NCBI RefSeq assembly: GCF_000181795.1
Contig: NW_003526946.1
Location: 739,351 to 803,350 of the forward strand
Direction: 5' to 3'
From: Trichinella spiralis
Lineage: Eukaryota
Length of the DNA stretch: 64,000 nucleotides
Part shown: piece after piece, positions 26,036-40,000 of the stretch
Numbering within the stretch: the stretch's first letter is position 1
Layout: every line of letters starts with the position of its first letter
Position numbers and translations under genes: made by a program
Notes under the pieces: generated by a model
What the model was told of the DNA's origin: nothing
Seen by the model: the letters and a program-made list of their open reading frames with translations, nothing else
Database searches by the model: none

Positions 26036-29000
26036 TCAATGGCGGATTTTATACGCGTCGTTATCGCTAATTAAAGCACCCTGCTCTAATTTCATTTGAA
26101 AATATCTTTTCACAATATCTACCGTGAGCATTTCTTTTTGGCGAACCAAAATTTTCAACATCAAATATGCCCGATCTGGAGTGAGCGATTCAAATCTTTG
26201 AAACCAACCTCGCATTGTCGGCCAATATTCCTAAAATTTCAAATTCGAAATAATTAAAAACAACAACAACAACAACAACAAAAGAAAAAATTTTAATTAA
26301 ATTATTCTGATAAGCAATTAAATTTCCACTAATCGAAACGAATGCTTTCAATGAGCGTTTATTGATTCAATTTACATGAAAAGTGAAAAGTAACCTTTTC
26401 TACAAAGAGAGGCAAAACAATTTCATTTAATAAGCTAATAATTCAATATACAAAAAAGCATACACTTCCTCGTTTTAATAAGCTAAAATGCAATAGTATA
26501 CGTAATGGGGAAATTTTAAATTTCCTCGCCAAATTTATGTTACAATACAATACAATACAATACAAAAAAAGAAAAGATAGTTACTTACTTCAAGACTTAA
26601 GATGTATTCATTGATGGCGTCTTCTCCATCCTCTTCTGATATTGCGAATTCGTCTTCAATTCCAATTTCTTCACAAGGACGTCTGCCGATGCAAGCCTGA
26701 GAAACCCAATTAGAACTTGGACGAAGATACCAATTTGCATTTTTTTTCGACCCCAACACACCGGCTTGAAACCAAAAATTCAAACTGCGTTCAATTTCCT
26801 TGTACGGCGCTTTCAATTTTTCGCACAATTCAGCAATCGATATTTCAACTGAAAAATATTTTTCACAAATCATTAATTACAATTATTAATAATATTCACT
26901 TCAAATCAACAAACAAACAAACAAACAAACATTGACAAGATTATATAGATGATGATGCAATGATTATGATAATTATTACTATTATTAGCAAACTGCAAGA
27001 TGATGCACGCGCAACATGGCTCAACTATGTACTGCATTTCACGTCCGTTCAGACGCATCTGCAAATGTACTGAACCCAAATTTGGTATCAAATGCAAAAT
27101 TCGACTTCGTTTCCACTGTTTGAAATATTCGGAAATTTTTGCAAAATATTCACCAATCGAATCCGGCAAAACCAACGATTCTTTGGCAAACTCTGGCCAA
27201 CTATTCGCAGATGCTACTATGCAATGCACCGGCATCAACTACAAGAATATGAAAACAAGCGAACTTTAATATTATTTATTTAATTATAATTTAAATTCAT
27301 TGCAACTACTTCATTCACTTACTTTTATGTTTTCTCTCATCATTTTTTCACTATAAGAAATTTCAAATGTTTTCGAATTGAAAACATCACGAACCATCAT
27401 CTGACATTGATAGTGATAATCCGAATTTGCCGGTGAATCAATTGATTTCAAAATGTGATACTCAAATGCACACTGAAATTAAACAGCACTGATAAACATT
27501 TGCAAACAATAAAATTCCAACAATTTATATTTCATCAATTAAACAGATGAAAATCAATTTCATTCAAACAATACTAAGCATCGATACCGCATGGTAAAAT
27601 CGCCTTATCAATTTCGCTGACAATATTTTTCGATATTCGTTGAAAAAATCTTGCTGAGAACCTGATAAATCTATCAACATCCTGGCAGTGATAAAATTTT
27701 TTCCCGTTGCCGGATAGATACCTGCAAGAAAGAAAGATTTAAAAAATCGACCAGAAATCAAACTAATTCAACAAAAACAGTTCCCCTTCAACCTGGTCTG
27801 TCCATCAGTGATTCGACCGGATATTTGAATTTGTTCTCCAATTCATTTGTACATTCATCAGGAAATGTCTCCGGGTTGAAGCAGAGCTCTTGGCCAAGAT
27901 ATTTCATCAACTTGGGCCGTCTGAACAATGCTATCGCTCGGGATAACAAATTACATCGACTTCTGAAATGTTGAATTTTGATAATGCTCAACAAAATATT
28001 AATACAAAAATATTACTTCAAAAATGCTTGAATATTATGAAAAATGCCAGTCGCCATACTGTCAGGAATGAAAACAATGTGCAGTGCTCGGTACAGTTTA
28101 ATGTAGAGAATCAAAATTCTCGCTGTGGTCGTATCTGCAAGTGACAAGCACAAATCAAAATCTTTCAGATAATTTAAAAACAATATTCGAGTGGTCACTT
28201 TGGGCCAGAATGCGTAATTTGACAAATTTTTTCACTTCATTGATAAAATCACCATCCAAACATGGTCCAGTGCGTTGCATACAGTAACGCAGATCCATCC
28301 AAATTTGATAACTGCTCGGAAAAGTTTCTATTAATTGAAAAACCATGCTGATCAAAGTTCGCCCATATATTTCAAAAGTAGCCATTTGCAAGTTCGCTTC
28401 ACATCTCAAAAGAAAGGTGTTAACATCTATATCCCCTGCAAACGGATCCATGACTTTTCTCCTCATAACTACATACAACCAACCAAAAACCACTTTTTTC
28501 AAATACTGAAAATATATTAAAATATTCAACTGCAACATATTACAAAATAATTCATTCAATGAATTAGAAAATATTAATAGCAATCATCAAAATGTAAAAA
28601 ATAATTTTTACAATTAGTAACAAAATAGTTTATTTAAACTCATTTTTTTACTCTTTATTTATTTGTTGTATAAAATGGAATAAATTATTTTCAACAAATC
28701 ATTTTTAATTTTGTCGTATTTTAAATTTAAACTTACGGAAAAAATATTCTGAAGTCCGCGAAATTCGTATTCTTCCAACCTTCGAACAACAATGACAATT
28801 TTATCCCTCACCATACCCTGAGCAATCCGCAAACACAGCAGACTTAACTCAGGAATTCGGAAATCCAAAGCGATGCTAAAATTTTAAAATCGTAAACAAA
28901 AAGCAAAATACACAATGTGCCATTATACAGAAAATTATTCGCTTCTATAATTTTTGACCGAAACTCTTCACATACGCAGCTAGCTGAGTCTTCTGAACAA

Positions 29001-29733
29001 ACCAGGCAACTCGTTCTCCGATTCTCTTCACGTCTACTGAATTCTACAAATAAAAAATATTTGATTTGTCAAAATTCTTTAAATTCACCCGTCCATTAAA
29101 AACAAACTTGAGGCCTGGTCCGAAAAATAAATCCAAAACCATACACGATATAACACTTCAAACAACTGCTCAAATTTGACCGGATTTAACGAATGATACT
29201 GCTTTTTAAATTCTTCAACAATGCTGCGCCAATCCAATTCAAAATCTCCATTCTCGTATTTTTTCAAATTTACATATAAAACCGAAACTGCACGGTTAAA
29301 TACGTCAATATACTTCAAGATGTTCTTTGAAATAATTTTCCCTGCTAGAACATGTTCATCTATAGCCTTTTCAATTTCATCAAAGAATTCTGGCAAAATG
29401 CGATTCTTCAATTCACACTCAAAAATAAAACGACAGTTCGATTGCACACAGCTCGGATACATCAATCGCACTCCTTAAAATTGACATTCCACATGACAAC
29501 AAATAACAATCAAAAATTGTTTCTAATCATTCGTATTAATAATAATAAAGTGCATGATTAGAAAATTCTTCAAATCTCTGTTCTGTATACTACCCAGCCT
29601 CAATCATTGACATACCTTTCCAAACGAGTGCTCCAGTGTGACATGATAAAACGTGCTTTTCCTTTTCAAATTCGGTCCAAAAAACTCTTGTACATTCATT
29701 GCACGGATAAAATTCAGACTCTTCAGAAGCCAT
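26036..29733 (-). CDS. ANAPC2: Anaphase-promoting complex subunit 2 (divergent cullin-homology protein), multi-exon
   Basis: Cullin-homology motifs DFFNEYRKILSAKL, CQMMVRDVFNSK, IVASANSWP, KRSRILHLIPNLGSVHL and RSLNFWFQAGVL, plus a C-terminal winged helix EYWPTMRGWFQRFESLTPDRAYLMLK...AYKIRH*. Confidence 0.85.
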
Positions 29734-30632
29734 GAAAATATTAACAATCTATGATGTGAGAAAACGTACTCAGAGAAAGAAACTTTTTCACCAATACCAA
29801 TTCGATTTATAATAATCTAATATTTTTAAGTCACTTAATATCCATTCAACATGATACTGCTAGTTCCGCTTTCTGTAAAACTGACTGTAACAAGCAAGTA
29901 TTAAATATTTGCATAATACTGTATTATTTCAAAAGCATTTTATGCTTCAAATATTACTGTCATTTACATTTAAATATTCGAATATGTTTTACGTAAATAC
30001 TGAAATGGTAATTTTAATTATTTTTTTACTATAAAAACACTATTTTACGTGATTCTTTAAAATATTGCAGTTGCGGATAAGGCAATTACATATTTTTGAA
30101 GTGGCGAATTCATTTTCAAATATAGAATAAGAAAAATGAATTTTATTTGATTTTTTGCAATTTAAAAATCATTGAAGATGCTTCGTTGATTCTGACAGTA
30201 AACAAAAAGTCAACATTGCCAAGAAAAACATAGTAAAGCAATGCAGAAAAAGAAATAACGATCATAAAGCAAGGCGGTTATTAAGATCAGCTTCTGCAAT
30301 TTGACCAATCTCGGAAAGTTTAAGCATAGGATGCCTTAATTGAAATTGACGCAAGTAAACGATATTATTATGAAATTGCACTGTTTTACTTTTACCGGCG
30401 ATTTTTTCATATTGAAACAACAAATTCATTTCTGACAACATAAATAACAAATAAATAAATAAATAAATAAATAAAATGCATCATACAATAATGACAATAA
30501 AATGTTTTACTTCAATTATCAGTTTTGTCGTCTTTTGTAAATACTTTTGCTTAGGCAGCAAAACAAACTTTCATTTCAACTTGAAAATAACATGCGACGA
30601 AAAGCTTGCCAAAACATCATTTCAGCATTGGA

Positions 30633-31947
30633 TTAACATTTCAAACTGCCACCCTGGGGCAGAGTTAGAAACGAATCATTTCCTAAGTTTCGAGAAGAGA
30701 GCACTTGCCTCAGTTTGCAGGGAGGTTCAGTTGGGTGCTAAAATATGCTTTGAGCAAAATTTTGCTGTTCTCAATTGTTCAAACCCTTCACTTACTTCAT
30801 AAGCGCCCATTCGAAACGTTCCCCAGTGGATGCCCAATGACTGACGAGCTTTAACATCCAAATGGATTTGCACCGCTTCCCCAGGATCGACGTGCTGAAA
30901 TTTCATGAACCACCTCGGCTCGTAACAGCCAATAGGAATCGCCGCCAAATCAAACGGTCCAAAAGCATTGCCGATGTCTTGAAAAGAAGAACAATAACCT
31001 GTATCGCCGGCAAAGAAGAACCGCCGATTCCTTCCAATAATTGCCCAACTGCACCACAGCGACTGATACGGTAATAATTAATAAAGTGATTAATTATGCC
31101 AATAAATTACAAATCTCTCGAATTGCATCATTCGCAAATTTCTATTTTCTCTAATCTCACTTTTAAATTTTGTGATAATCGTTCATAAAACCAAATATAT
31201 TGTTTTTCAGTGTACCTTATTTTTATCCAAAGGGCTTCTCCAACTCCAATGCTGTGCTGGTAAACAGACAATTGTGAACGATTCTCCTTCTTCTGTTTTA
31301 AATTGCATCTCCTCCCACCAGGTAAGCTGGTGAACATTTTTGCATTGAAATTGCAGAAACCACTCACGCAAACCCATTGGCACAAACCAAGTCAAGCTAT
31401 CACCAAAACGTTCATTCAACGTCCCAACTGTAGTAGCATCAAGATGATCATAATGATTATGACTAATAAGCACCGCGTTGATCTGAAATTCAAACACACC
31501 CCAAAAAATAATGAATTTCATTAAGAAAAATTCTCAGTTTACTTTAGGTAAATCAGATATTGAAAATGGAGTGGGCATGATCCTTTTGATGCCGAACCAG
31601 CTGTGATGCTCATTCAGCACTGGATCAGTGAGGAAAACGCCGTCTTTCATTTTCACCAATAAAGAAGCATGCCCAAGCCAAGTAGCATGGAGACCTTCAA
31701 TTCGGCTTTCGTTATTGAACTCAGGAACTACCGTTTCCAAATTATGCTGAATTATGTTCGTCAATCTTCAAAAATGTCAACAGAACTTCACATGACTTAC
31801 CTCGGCATCGCAGAAGCAACGATCATGCTTTGATCCTAATTTCCATCTTATGAATGCAAAAATACCAGGAAGGGAAGCTTCCGATTTCCAAGGAATTTGA
31901 AATCTCCCAGCCCTAACCAACGGGCTCCATTTTTTTATATCTATCAT
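30633..31947 (-). CDS. NAPEPLD: N-acyl-phosphatidylethanolamine-hydrolysing phospholipase D (metallo-beta-lactamase fold), multi-exon
   Basis: [64 protein letters not shown]; stop 30633-30635. Confidence 0.95.
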
Positions 31948-32797
31948 AGTGCAGTTTTTAAAAAACTAATGCTAAAAATACAATTATTTGAAATTTCTAA
32001 ATAAATGACCCTTTTGTGAAACACAAAATACGCCAAGAATAAACAGCAGCATCAACAATTATGCAACCAAATTTCAACGAATCAAAATTTATATAAAAAA
32101 TTTTAAAGAGTAATTAAAAATCAAATTTAAATAAATAAAAGTAAAATATTTTAAAGAAAAACAACAATCTTTACTGCAACCCATTTTAAAATAAATTCTT
32201 CTCAAACAATTACCGTAAAACAAAGACTGAAAGTTCAAACTAAATATGATTTAGTTCAGCTCTATTATTTTCCTTTATTAGTTCATATTGGCATAGTGGT
32301 GTGTCCTAAACTAATTTATCCAAAGAAAGATATTTATTGGGCTTCACATTAAAAATTCTTGAAATTACAACTTAAATTAAAAACGTAATTTTGCAAGAAC
32401 AATTATATTATTTAATTCATTAAATAATAAATTAATATATCAAATATCAAATTGCACTGATTGTACGTGCATTTCAATTCATTAACACTAAGTGAAATAA
32501 ACCATAAGTAGATGTCTTTGACCATTTAGTAGTTAAAAGAACAGTGAAAAATATGACAACATATTAATTAATTCATCATATATGATTATGAAAACATATG
32601 TAGAAATAACTGATACAATAAGTTTAAATTAAAATTGACTAATACTGTCACGTTAGTACTTTTGTCTATTACAGTATAACACATTTAATAATCTCACGCT
32701 TTGATTATATATATTGGTGTCATTTCAAATTTTAGAATATCTGTTTATATATTCTACTTGTATGTATTATTGATTATATTTTAATATATGATTCGTC

Positions 32798-33725
32798 ATG
32801 TCAGCTCCACTTAAAAGAGGTGCATGCGTATAGTTTGGTTTTTTTCAAGTACTTATATTCGATTTTTATTTTAGAAATTATTTCCAGCTTGCCATTGCAG
32901 ATGACAGTTTATTTTAATGCTTATTTTGCTCCATGTTGGGTGACAGCTCATTTGTATACTCTATTTCAAAAGGTATGGCATGTTGCTGTCGCTTTTCATA
33001 TCAATGACATTTTAGTTGTAATGATGAATTTAATCAGCAATACTGTGTTTTTGTGTATAAATTGACATGTAAAACATAAGTGTTTAAGCAAAAGAAATTT
33101 TTACATTTTTATACTTCAATGTATATTTTATGGAGATTAATGATGAAATGAACTGGTTGCTAGGTAGCAACTATAGCGTACATGCAAAATTTAAGCGATT
33201 GCATTTGCAGTATTCTACATTGGATGGCACGCAAAAATCAATTTTGGTCATCGCGCACATTGTAATGATTGTGGTGGAAATTGTTCGCTTATACTTGGGC
33301 TTTGTTGGCAATTTGTCAGAAAATGGAAGTGATTCAGTTTATTTTCTCTATTTTAATAAAAGAAGTATTGTTCATGTTTTAGGTACCAAAGCTGGCTGGC
33401 TTTTGGATTACAACACTGATGTTACAATTTCCCATGATGATTTATCAGAGTATCAGTTCTGATTTGAATGCTTTGCCTTTAGAGCGCGCTGTAGACGGTT
33501 TGCAAACAATATTTCTCATTTTTGAGGTATGCAACTTTTTTATTTTTACATGTACAATTTTTACTAATATATTTTGCTTATATATTAAAGATTTTAATGT
33601 AATTTTTATTTGTTTAGCTCATCATCGGTTTCTTTGCTGTGAAAAGAATTGCGAAGTTTCAGTATTCAAAATTCCGACAGCAGATGGCGATTAAAAACTT
33701 TGAAAAGAATAACAAAATTGAATAG
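32798..33725 (+). CDS. TMEM17: Transmembrane protein 17 (ciliary transition zone), multi-exon
   Basis: SSLPLQMTVYFN, EIVRLYLGFVGNLSE..VPKLAGFW, LPLERAV; stop 33723-33725. Confidence 0.88.
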
Positions 33726-35476
33726 AAATTGCGAGGGTTATCTAGTATCAGTTCCATTTGACGTGCACATGAAGGAATAAAGATCTGCATATAGCAATTA
33801 CATGTTTTTACTCGATACATTTTTTGACTGATAATTCATCAACTAAATAATTAAACAATGCATTATGTATGGCATAAATGTTAAATAATTTATATATTTA
33901 ATTTAATCAGTTGACAAATCCCACACTTTGAAGTCAGAAATAATGATCATACATTTCATAATAAGTATTTATACACAAATTCTTTATATATTTTTTATAC
34001 TAAGTAATTATTTGAAAGGGATACTTTATTATTTGAGTGTTTATCAACCATTGAATTCATGGAGAATGTTTACAAAAAATGTCGCAACGTTTACTTTTTA
34101 ATACCCTTTCCATAATCTACGTTGGGCGTTGATGTTTAAGATGAAATACCACGACATGACTTGAAATTCTCCTTTTACTTCAAAGGTTTTAAATAATTAT
34201 CACGTTGATATTAAGATATTAAAAATGGCAATACATTTCATACTATACTTCAAAATTAATAAATATGCAATGATTTTCACTTGTACAATAAAAATCCTAT
34301 TAACGCTATTTTTTTCTCATGAAGCAAAAAGATTTAGATGATATTTTCTTTCATCATTTGTTTATTTTATGTAATGCAAGCATTGCATCATTCACTTTTG
34401 GATTTTAGTTGTTTGTACCTTTAAATCACAATGTGTACTGTATTTTTTAGTAATTCACTTAATTATTTAGTACTTGTTGCGACTATTTTGAAGTTGGGTT
34501 TTTTTGCTGGATAATACATTTTTGTGTTTCTATACCATTTTTAGAAGTTATTATATTTGGTATTGTATTTGGTAAAAGTATGTTTTAGTTGTTGTTATGT
34601 TATGTTATTCTCAGTTTCGTGCTGTTATGTGTAAGTTTACTTCAAATAGACTTGTATATTATTATGATGATAATAAAAGTTTGAAAGGTAGTTACTTATG
34701 CATTCAAGTTTTCCACTCCTGGTAATATGTGTATGTAAAGTTTGTTTTTTAGCTGTTCAGTTTGTTTGTTCAGTTTATTATTTTACGATTCTTTCTACTA
34801 TATTTAAAATAAACGGACTCTTGGTTTTATAGATCATTATTTATTTTGTGTAATATCCTATTATAGATATTGAAATGCTTTTCAAAATAAATATACAGAC
34901 AGTTTTTAAATAAAATCGATAGAAGTGTTATTTTCATTTTTTAAGATTTTACTTTACCAATCAGTGCATTGTATGGGATATTGGGATTTTACTATTATAT
35001 TAGTATTTAGTTAGAATGAGATTGTTTGGAGAAGTTGTTTCAGTTAAAATATGAACGCGGTGTAATTTTTTGAAAAAATCTGGCAACTACGAACAGTTTA
35101 ATGATTTTCATCGCCCCCAATTTGTATAGCTTCATCAATTTTGTTTACAGTTTAATAGTGAAAGTTTACTGTATTTTATGAAGAAAATGCAGACTAGTTA
35201 TTGCAGTTAGTGTTAGTTGTGTTAAATTATGTACCATTTGTACAGCGTGAATGAGATTTTGATGATAACTTGATGAAAATTATTATTCGATAGTTTTTTG
35301 CTCTTTTTTACTTTAAAAGGTGAGTTTTTTAACAATGTTTGTTATATTATTAAAATGTGAACAGCTTTTTTTGTTGTTTTTGTTTTTTTGGCACACGGCG
35401 GTAAATAATCCGGTGATTACTTTATTATCTGTTATTTAAATTTGATGATTGCTCAGTAACTGTGATGAATTGAAAG

Positions 35477-35950
35477 ATGAATTTGCAAAGCAACACTGGA
35501 TGGGATACGGTGACCATTTTGCGTAAGAATCAACCGCGTAAAAGTGAGGCTCGCCAGGAAAAAGTGGTTCGTGCGGCTCAGCGAAGTGGCCAAGAGATTG
35601 AAACCAGCAAGAAGTTCAACGCAGCCACGAACAGGCAACATCAGATGTCGGCCAGTGTGAGCAAGTTGTCCAGCGATTTGGAAGAGTTCCATCACAATAC
35701 GGTGGGCATGGAGGTGGGCCGTTTGATTCAACGTGGGCGGCAAGAGAAAAAGTGGACCCAGGCTGAACTGGCGAAGCAGATCAACGAAAAGCCGTCTGTT
35801 ATTGTTGAATACGAATCCGGACGGGCTGTTGTGAATAATCAAATTTTGGGTAAAATTGAACGTGCTATTGGTATCAAGCTTCGTGGGAAGGATAAAGGCC
35901 AGCCGCTTCAAACTAAAGTTCCGAAAGGGAAACAAGCGGAAAAAAAGTAA
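35477..35950 (+). CDS. EDF1: Multiprotein bridging factor 1 / endothelial differentiation-related factor 1, intronless CDS
   Basis: WDTVTILRK, ETSKKFNAATN and the HTH region TQAELAKQINEKPSVIVEYESGRA..ILGKIERAIGIKLRG. Confidence 0.96.
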   Translation: MNLQSNTGWDTVTILRKNQPRKSEARQEKVVRAAQRSGQEIETSKKFNAATNRQHQMSASVSKLSSDLEEFHHNTVGMEVGRLIQRGRQEKKWTQAELAKQINEKPSVIVEYESGRAVVNNQILGKIERAIGIKLRGKDKGQPLQTKVPKGKQAEKK

Positions 35951-37033
35951 AGAATGAAGCAGACTGCGGTAGTTTTATGGAATTTTAAAGGGCTTTTTTA
36001 TATTTATTTATTCATCAATCTTTGCATATATTGATGATAATTTAAATTTAAAATGTCTTTTAACCATTTTGTTAAATTTGTCAAGTTTATTAATCATTTT
36101 TTAAAATATATATTCAGTTTTTTCTGTGTGAGAAATGGCAATAAAGTGGTGGAGGAAGTAACAAAGTGTGATTGAGTGTGAAAATGAACCTACTGTTGTA
36201 TGTTACTGCTGTTTCTGTTGAACAACAAAATGAAATCTTTGTAATTGTTAGCTTCAAAAATAAAAGAAACAGTCATTTTTATTCTAATATTAAGTTAACA
36301 CGCATGTTATTTGTTCAAAATTAATATCCAATCTAAAAACGCAATAATATTAATAACACTTTGGTTCAAATTTACAAAAAAAATAGTAAATCAGTTTAGA
36401 AAAAAAAAACTTGCCAAATGTGGATAATTCAAAAAAATGTCATGCATTCATTTATTCAATAATATATGATTGGATTATATATATGTACATGTGTGTAACA
36501 ATTTGAATATTTAGAATATTGTTTTCTTTTGATAAATTGTTCAAAAATTAAGATTCAAAATGATCAAGTAAGTTCTTTTGAAAGCAGTTTCACATTGTTT
36601 ATCAAATTGGAAAAATCACTTTATCATAGATGTAAATAAACACTGAGAACAGAACCAACTAACCAACACCCTTATCTGTCTTGTCTATAGAGCTCAACTT
36701 TAATAAGTCAGATAAATAGATAAACATCAGTTATATAGCACAGACATAAATAGCAAAGCTTGAACGACAATACTGTTGCTGTACACTGATTGCTGATTCA
36801 TTGTGACATACCGATCTACGTATATACAACAAAAAAGGAAATAACAGTAATATTCATTCATGTATGGATGGATGCCTTTGTTCTCCGCTTTCTTCATATC
36901 ACAACAACATGATACTGTTGCATTGAAACGATGATGAAGTAGTGGATAAAAAATATAATTCAGAAAAAAGTAATCTCTAAGCAACACTACTAACAGTTGT
37001 TTAAAAATAAAAGCATACAACTGACTGACTGCT

Positions 37034-40000
37034 CTACGCAGCATAGTGTTGTTGACGTGCAGGGTTATTCGCACTTCTCCGATGACCGGATAAATTGCCG
37101 AATATATCACGAATCGATTCTGACCAACCCTGCCATAATATATAATTAAAATATGTAAATATTAAATTTTTAAATTAAATTAAAAAAAATAATAAAATTC
37201 GAGAACCGGAAAAGTTGCCCAGCGTACTTTACTGGCGGTCCGGCGTTCTCCATGGGCGTCGATCACTTTTTGATATCGAAGCTTGCAAGCAGCTTCAATG
37301 GTCTTGGCCATTGCGCCGGCGCTCGGTTCGACGTGGAAAACATAACACATATAATTCTCCGTAGACATGTGCATGATGAAAGCGCAATGTCTGAAAAGTG
37401 ATTAATTGTAATAAATTTTCCAAACAGAAAATTCATCATTCAACGTTCTTGATCATTTGGTTCACTTTTATCAATCGTCGTCAGTCAGTCAATATCATTC
37501 GGTCGTATAAATTTCTACATACCTTTCTTATTAATCAATCACAACATTAAATATCTATCATTCAGAAAGCAAAACATTTTACAATATTTTATTGATCAAA
37601 TAAATTTAATAATAATAATAATAATTTACACTTGAAAAGCACTTATTATTATACTAATTAACAAATCAAATAATTAATTGCATAATTCAATTTTCAATTT
37701 CAGTTAATAATCTATTGGAAGATTAATTTATTGTTATAATTTGAAAAATTGAAATACAAAAACAATATCTGCAATTGGTCAACCGATAGCACTTGCTTAC
37801 TTAATGTCTCGTCCGATTCCAAGAAAAGACAAATAACGCACACGGCACTCAGCTATCTGATTTCCGCCAACTTCCGTCACGGTGATTGTTGAAGGTGCAA
37901 TGCTCACGTCAACTAAAATCCAACGCTCAGAACGAACCTGAGCCACTAGCCGATCAACAGCTTCGTTAAGTACATCCACTCCTATAAAACAAACAAGTTA
38001 ATTAATTAATTAATTAATGGAATTTAAAAATTAAAAACAAAAAAAAAGAATAATAAAAAAAAATCAACAAAAGCCATGTGCCTGTCTGCTTATTATTATA
38101 TAGACATACCGGTGGCTTTTGGAACTTGAGTGACACCGAGAAAATGAGCACGGATCACTTTCTTCGGCTCTTCCATCGGCGTTGGAAATGAATCTGCAAA
38201 ATAATGAAAATCAAAACCGTTTTTTCAATTTTTTTTTATTAAATAAAGCAAAACAAAAAAATTAAATGAAATCAACGCATACATATATTTTGTAAGTTGA
38301 TCAAATAGACTTTAAATTAAAAATTATATCCAAAATATCATGCACAGCATACAACAATGCATTTTACATATATACATGTATAAATAAGAACAAACATTAA
38401 CATTAAAATATTACACTATTTTACCCCAGCCGAATAAACATTTGCAATTTATTTGTACATCCATGAATAATACAATGCAACATTAACAGAAAAATATGCT
38501 TCTGCAGCACAAAGAAGTGATTACGACCACAACAACCCATCTATCAACAGTGTTACAACACAAAAATATAACTTCAATATTATCAAAAAAAAAGTCTCAG
38601 TTAAAAAAACATAATATAAAATTCTATTAAACTTAAATTAAATAAATATGCTATTATAAATAATGTTTTCAATTGATCAATCACGTCAAACAGCGACATT
38701 ATAATATAATTTATATAGACTTAATCAAAGATCACACGGATGGATATAAATAATATATTTGAAAACAACTGTTTTTCCATTTCTGAATCTCTGTCTAGAT
38801 GTAAATGCGTATATATTTCATAAAAATATAATTTTATGAATTCAATTACAAAATAAATAATAAAGGAAAGAAATTTTGTTATATTGGTGATGAAATTGCA
38901 CACAATCTTGTACACCTTTTACAACTCCCACTCTTGGTTGGAAATTTTCTGAACAAAAACATAAAAATGTTCAGATCAATTCATATAATTTGAGTTCATA
39001 TAAATCGACTGAGGAGGTGTTCCAGCATAAGGGATTATAAATTTCGTCTGATCGATAAAAGCAAAATCGAAAAGTCACTGCCTTGATAGCTGGAGCTTAT
39101 TCGACAATATTTCGCTATGAAAAAGCATAAAAATAAACGACACAGTCGCTTAAAGCGACCCATCAAAACCAATTTATAAAAATCAAAACTAAAATGATGC
39201 CAACAAATAAATCACATCACTTTATCGACATTTAAAAGTCTATTATACTTTAAAAGAAGATGAAGAAGAAGAAAGTTGAAATGTTAAGAAAGAAGCAACT
39301 TGATCTTTTATAAAGTAATTGAAAATAAAAATCAAACTCTACGAATTATATTTCAACCAATCTGCATAATCAGTTTCAGTTAGTTATTTATTAATTGATG
39401 ATGTAATAATAAATAAAATAAAACAACAAGAAAAATGCTTTGCCATTAAATAAATTCAAAATCACTCACCAACAACTACAGGCTTACGTCGATGACTGTT
39501 CTCATTACGGCCGGGCAACAACGAGTTCGGTCGCTTCTCCATCATAAGCCGTTTGCAGATGTCTCTGAGTGTGTTGGCAATTGTTCGGGCCGGAGTGTCA
39601 CAACGAAACACATGACACATAAAGCGTCGGCTATTTCGATCACGCGCAACATAGGCGAAATCTCTTAAAATTTCATTTATAATAATTAAAAAACAAATAT
39701 ATATATATATATATCCATATAAAATTTTACTTTGTCTCACAACAACAACAACAACTGTTATTTATATTAAAATAACAGAGAACACTAGCAGTACAATAGA
39801 CTTGCAATAAAAGTGAAACACCACTGCACATGCTTACAAAATACTTTACAAAACAATATATATATATATATAATACATCGAATTTACCTTTCTCTTAAAC
39901 CAGATCAACGTCGAGCAAATGAAAGGGAGAAAAAATAATAACACGTCAGTAAGGGTGAAATAAAAATAATTAAAAAAATTTTTTTTAACTCTCACCTTCC

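Noticed and set aside
34664..34725. ATGATGA box C-like motif upstream of MBF1
   Set aside because: No matching terminal CTGA and no guide sequence.
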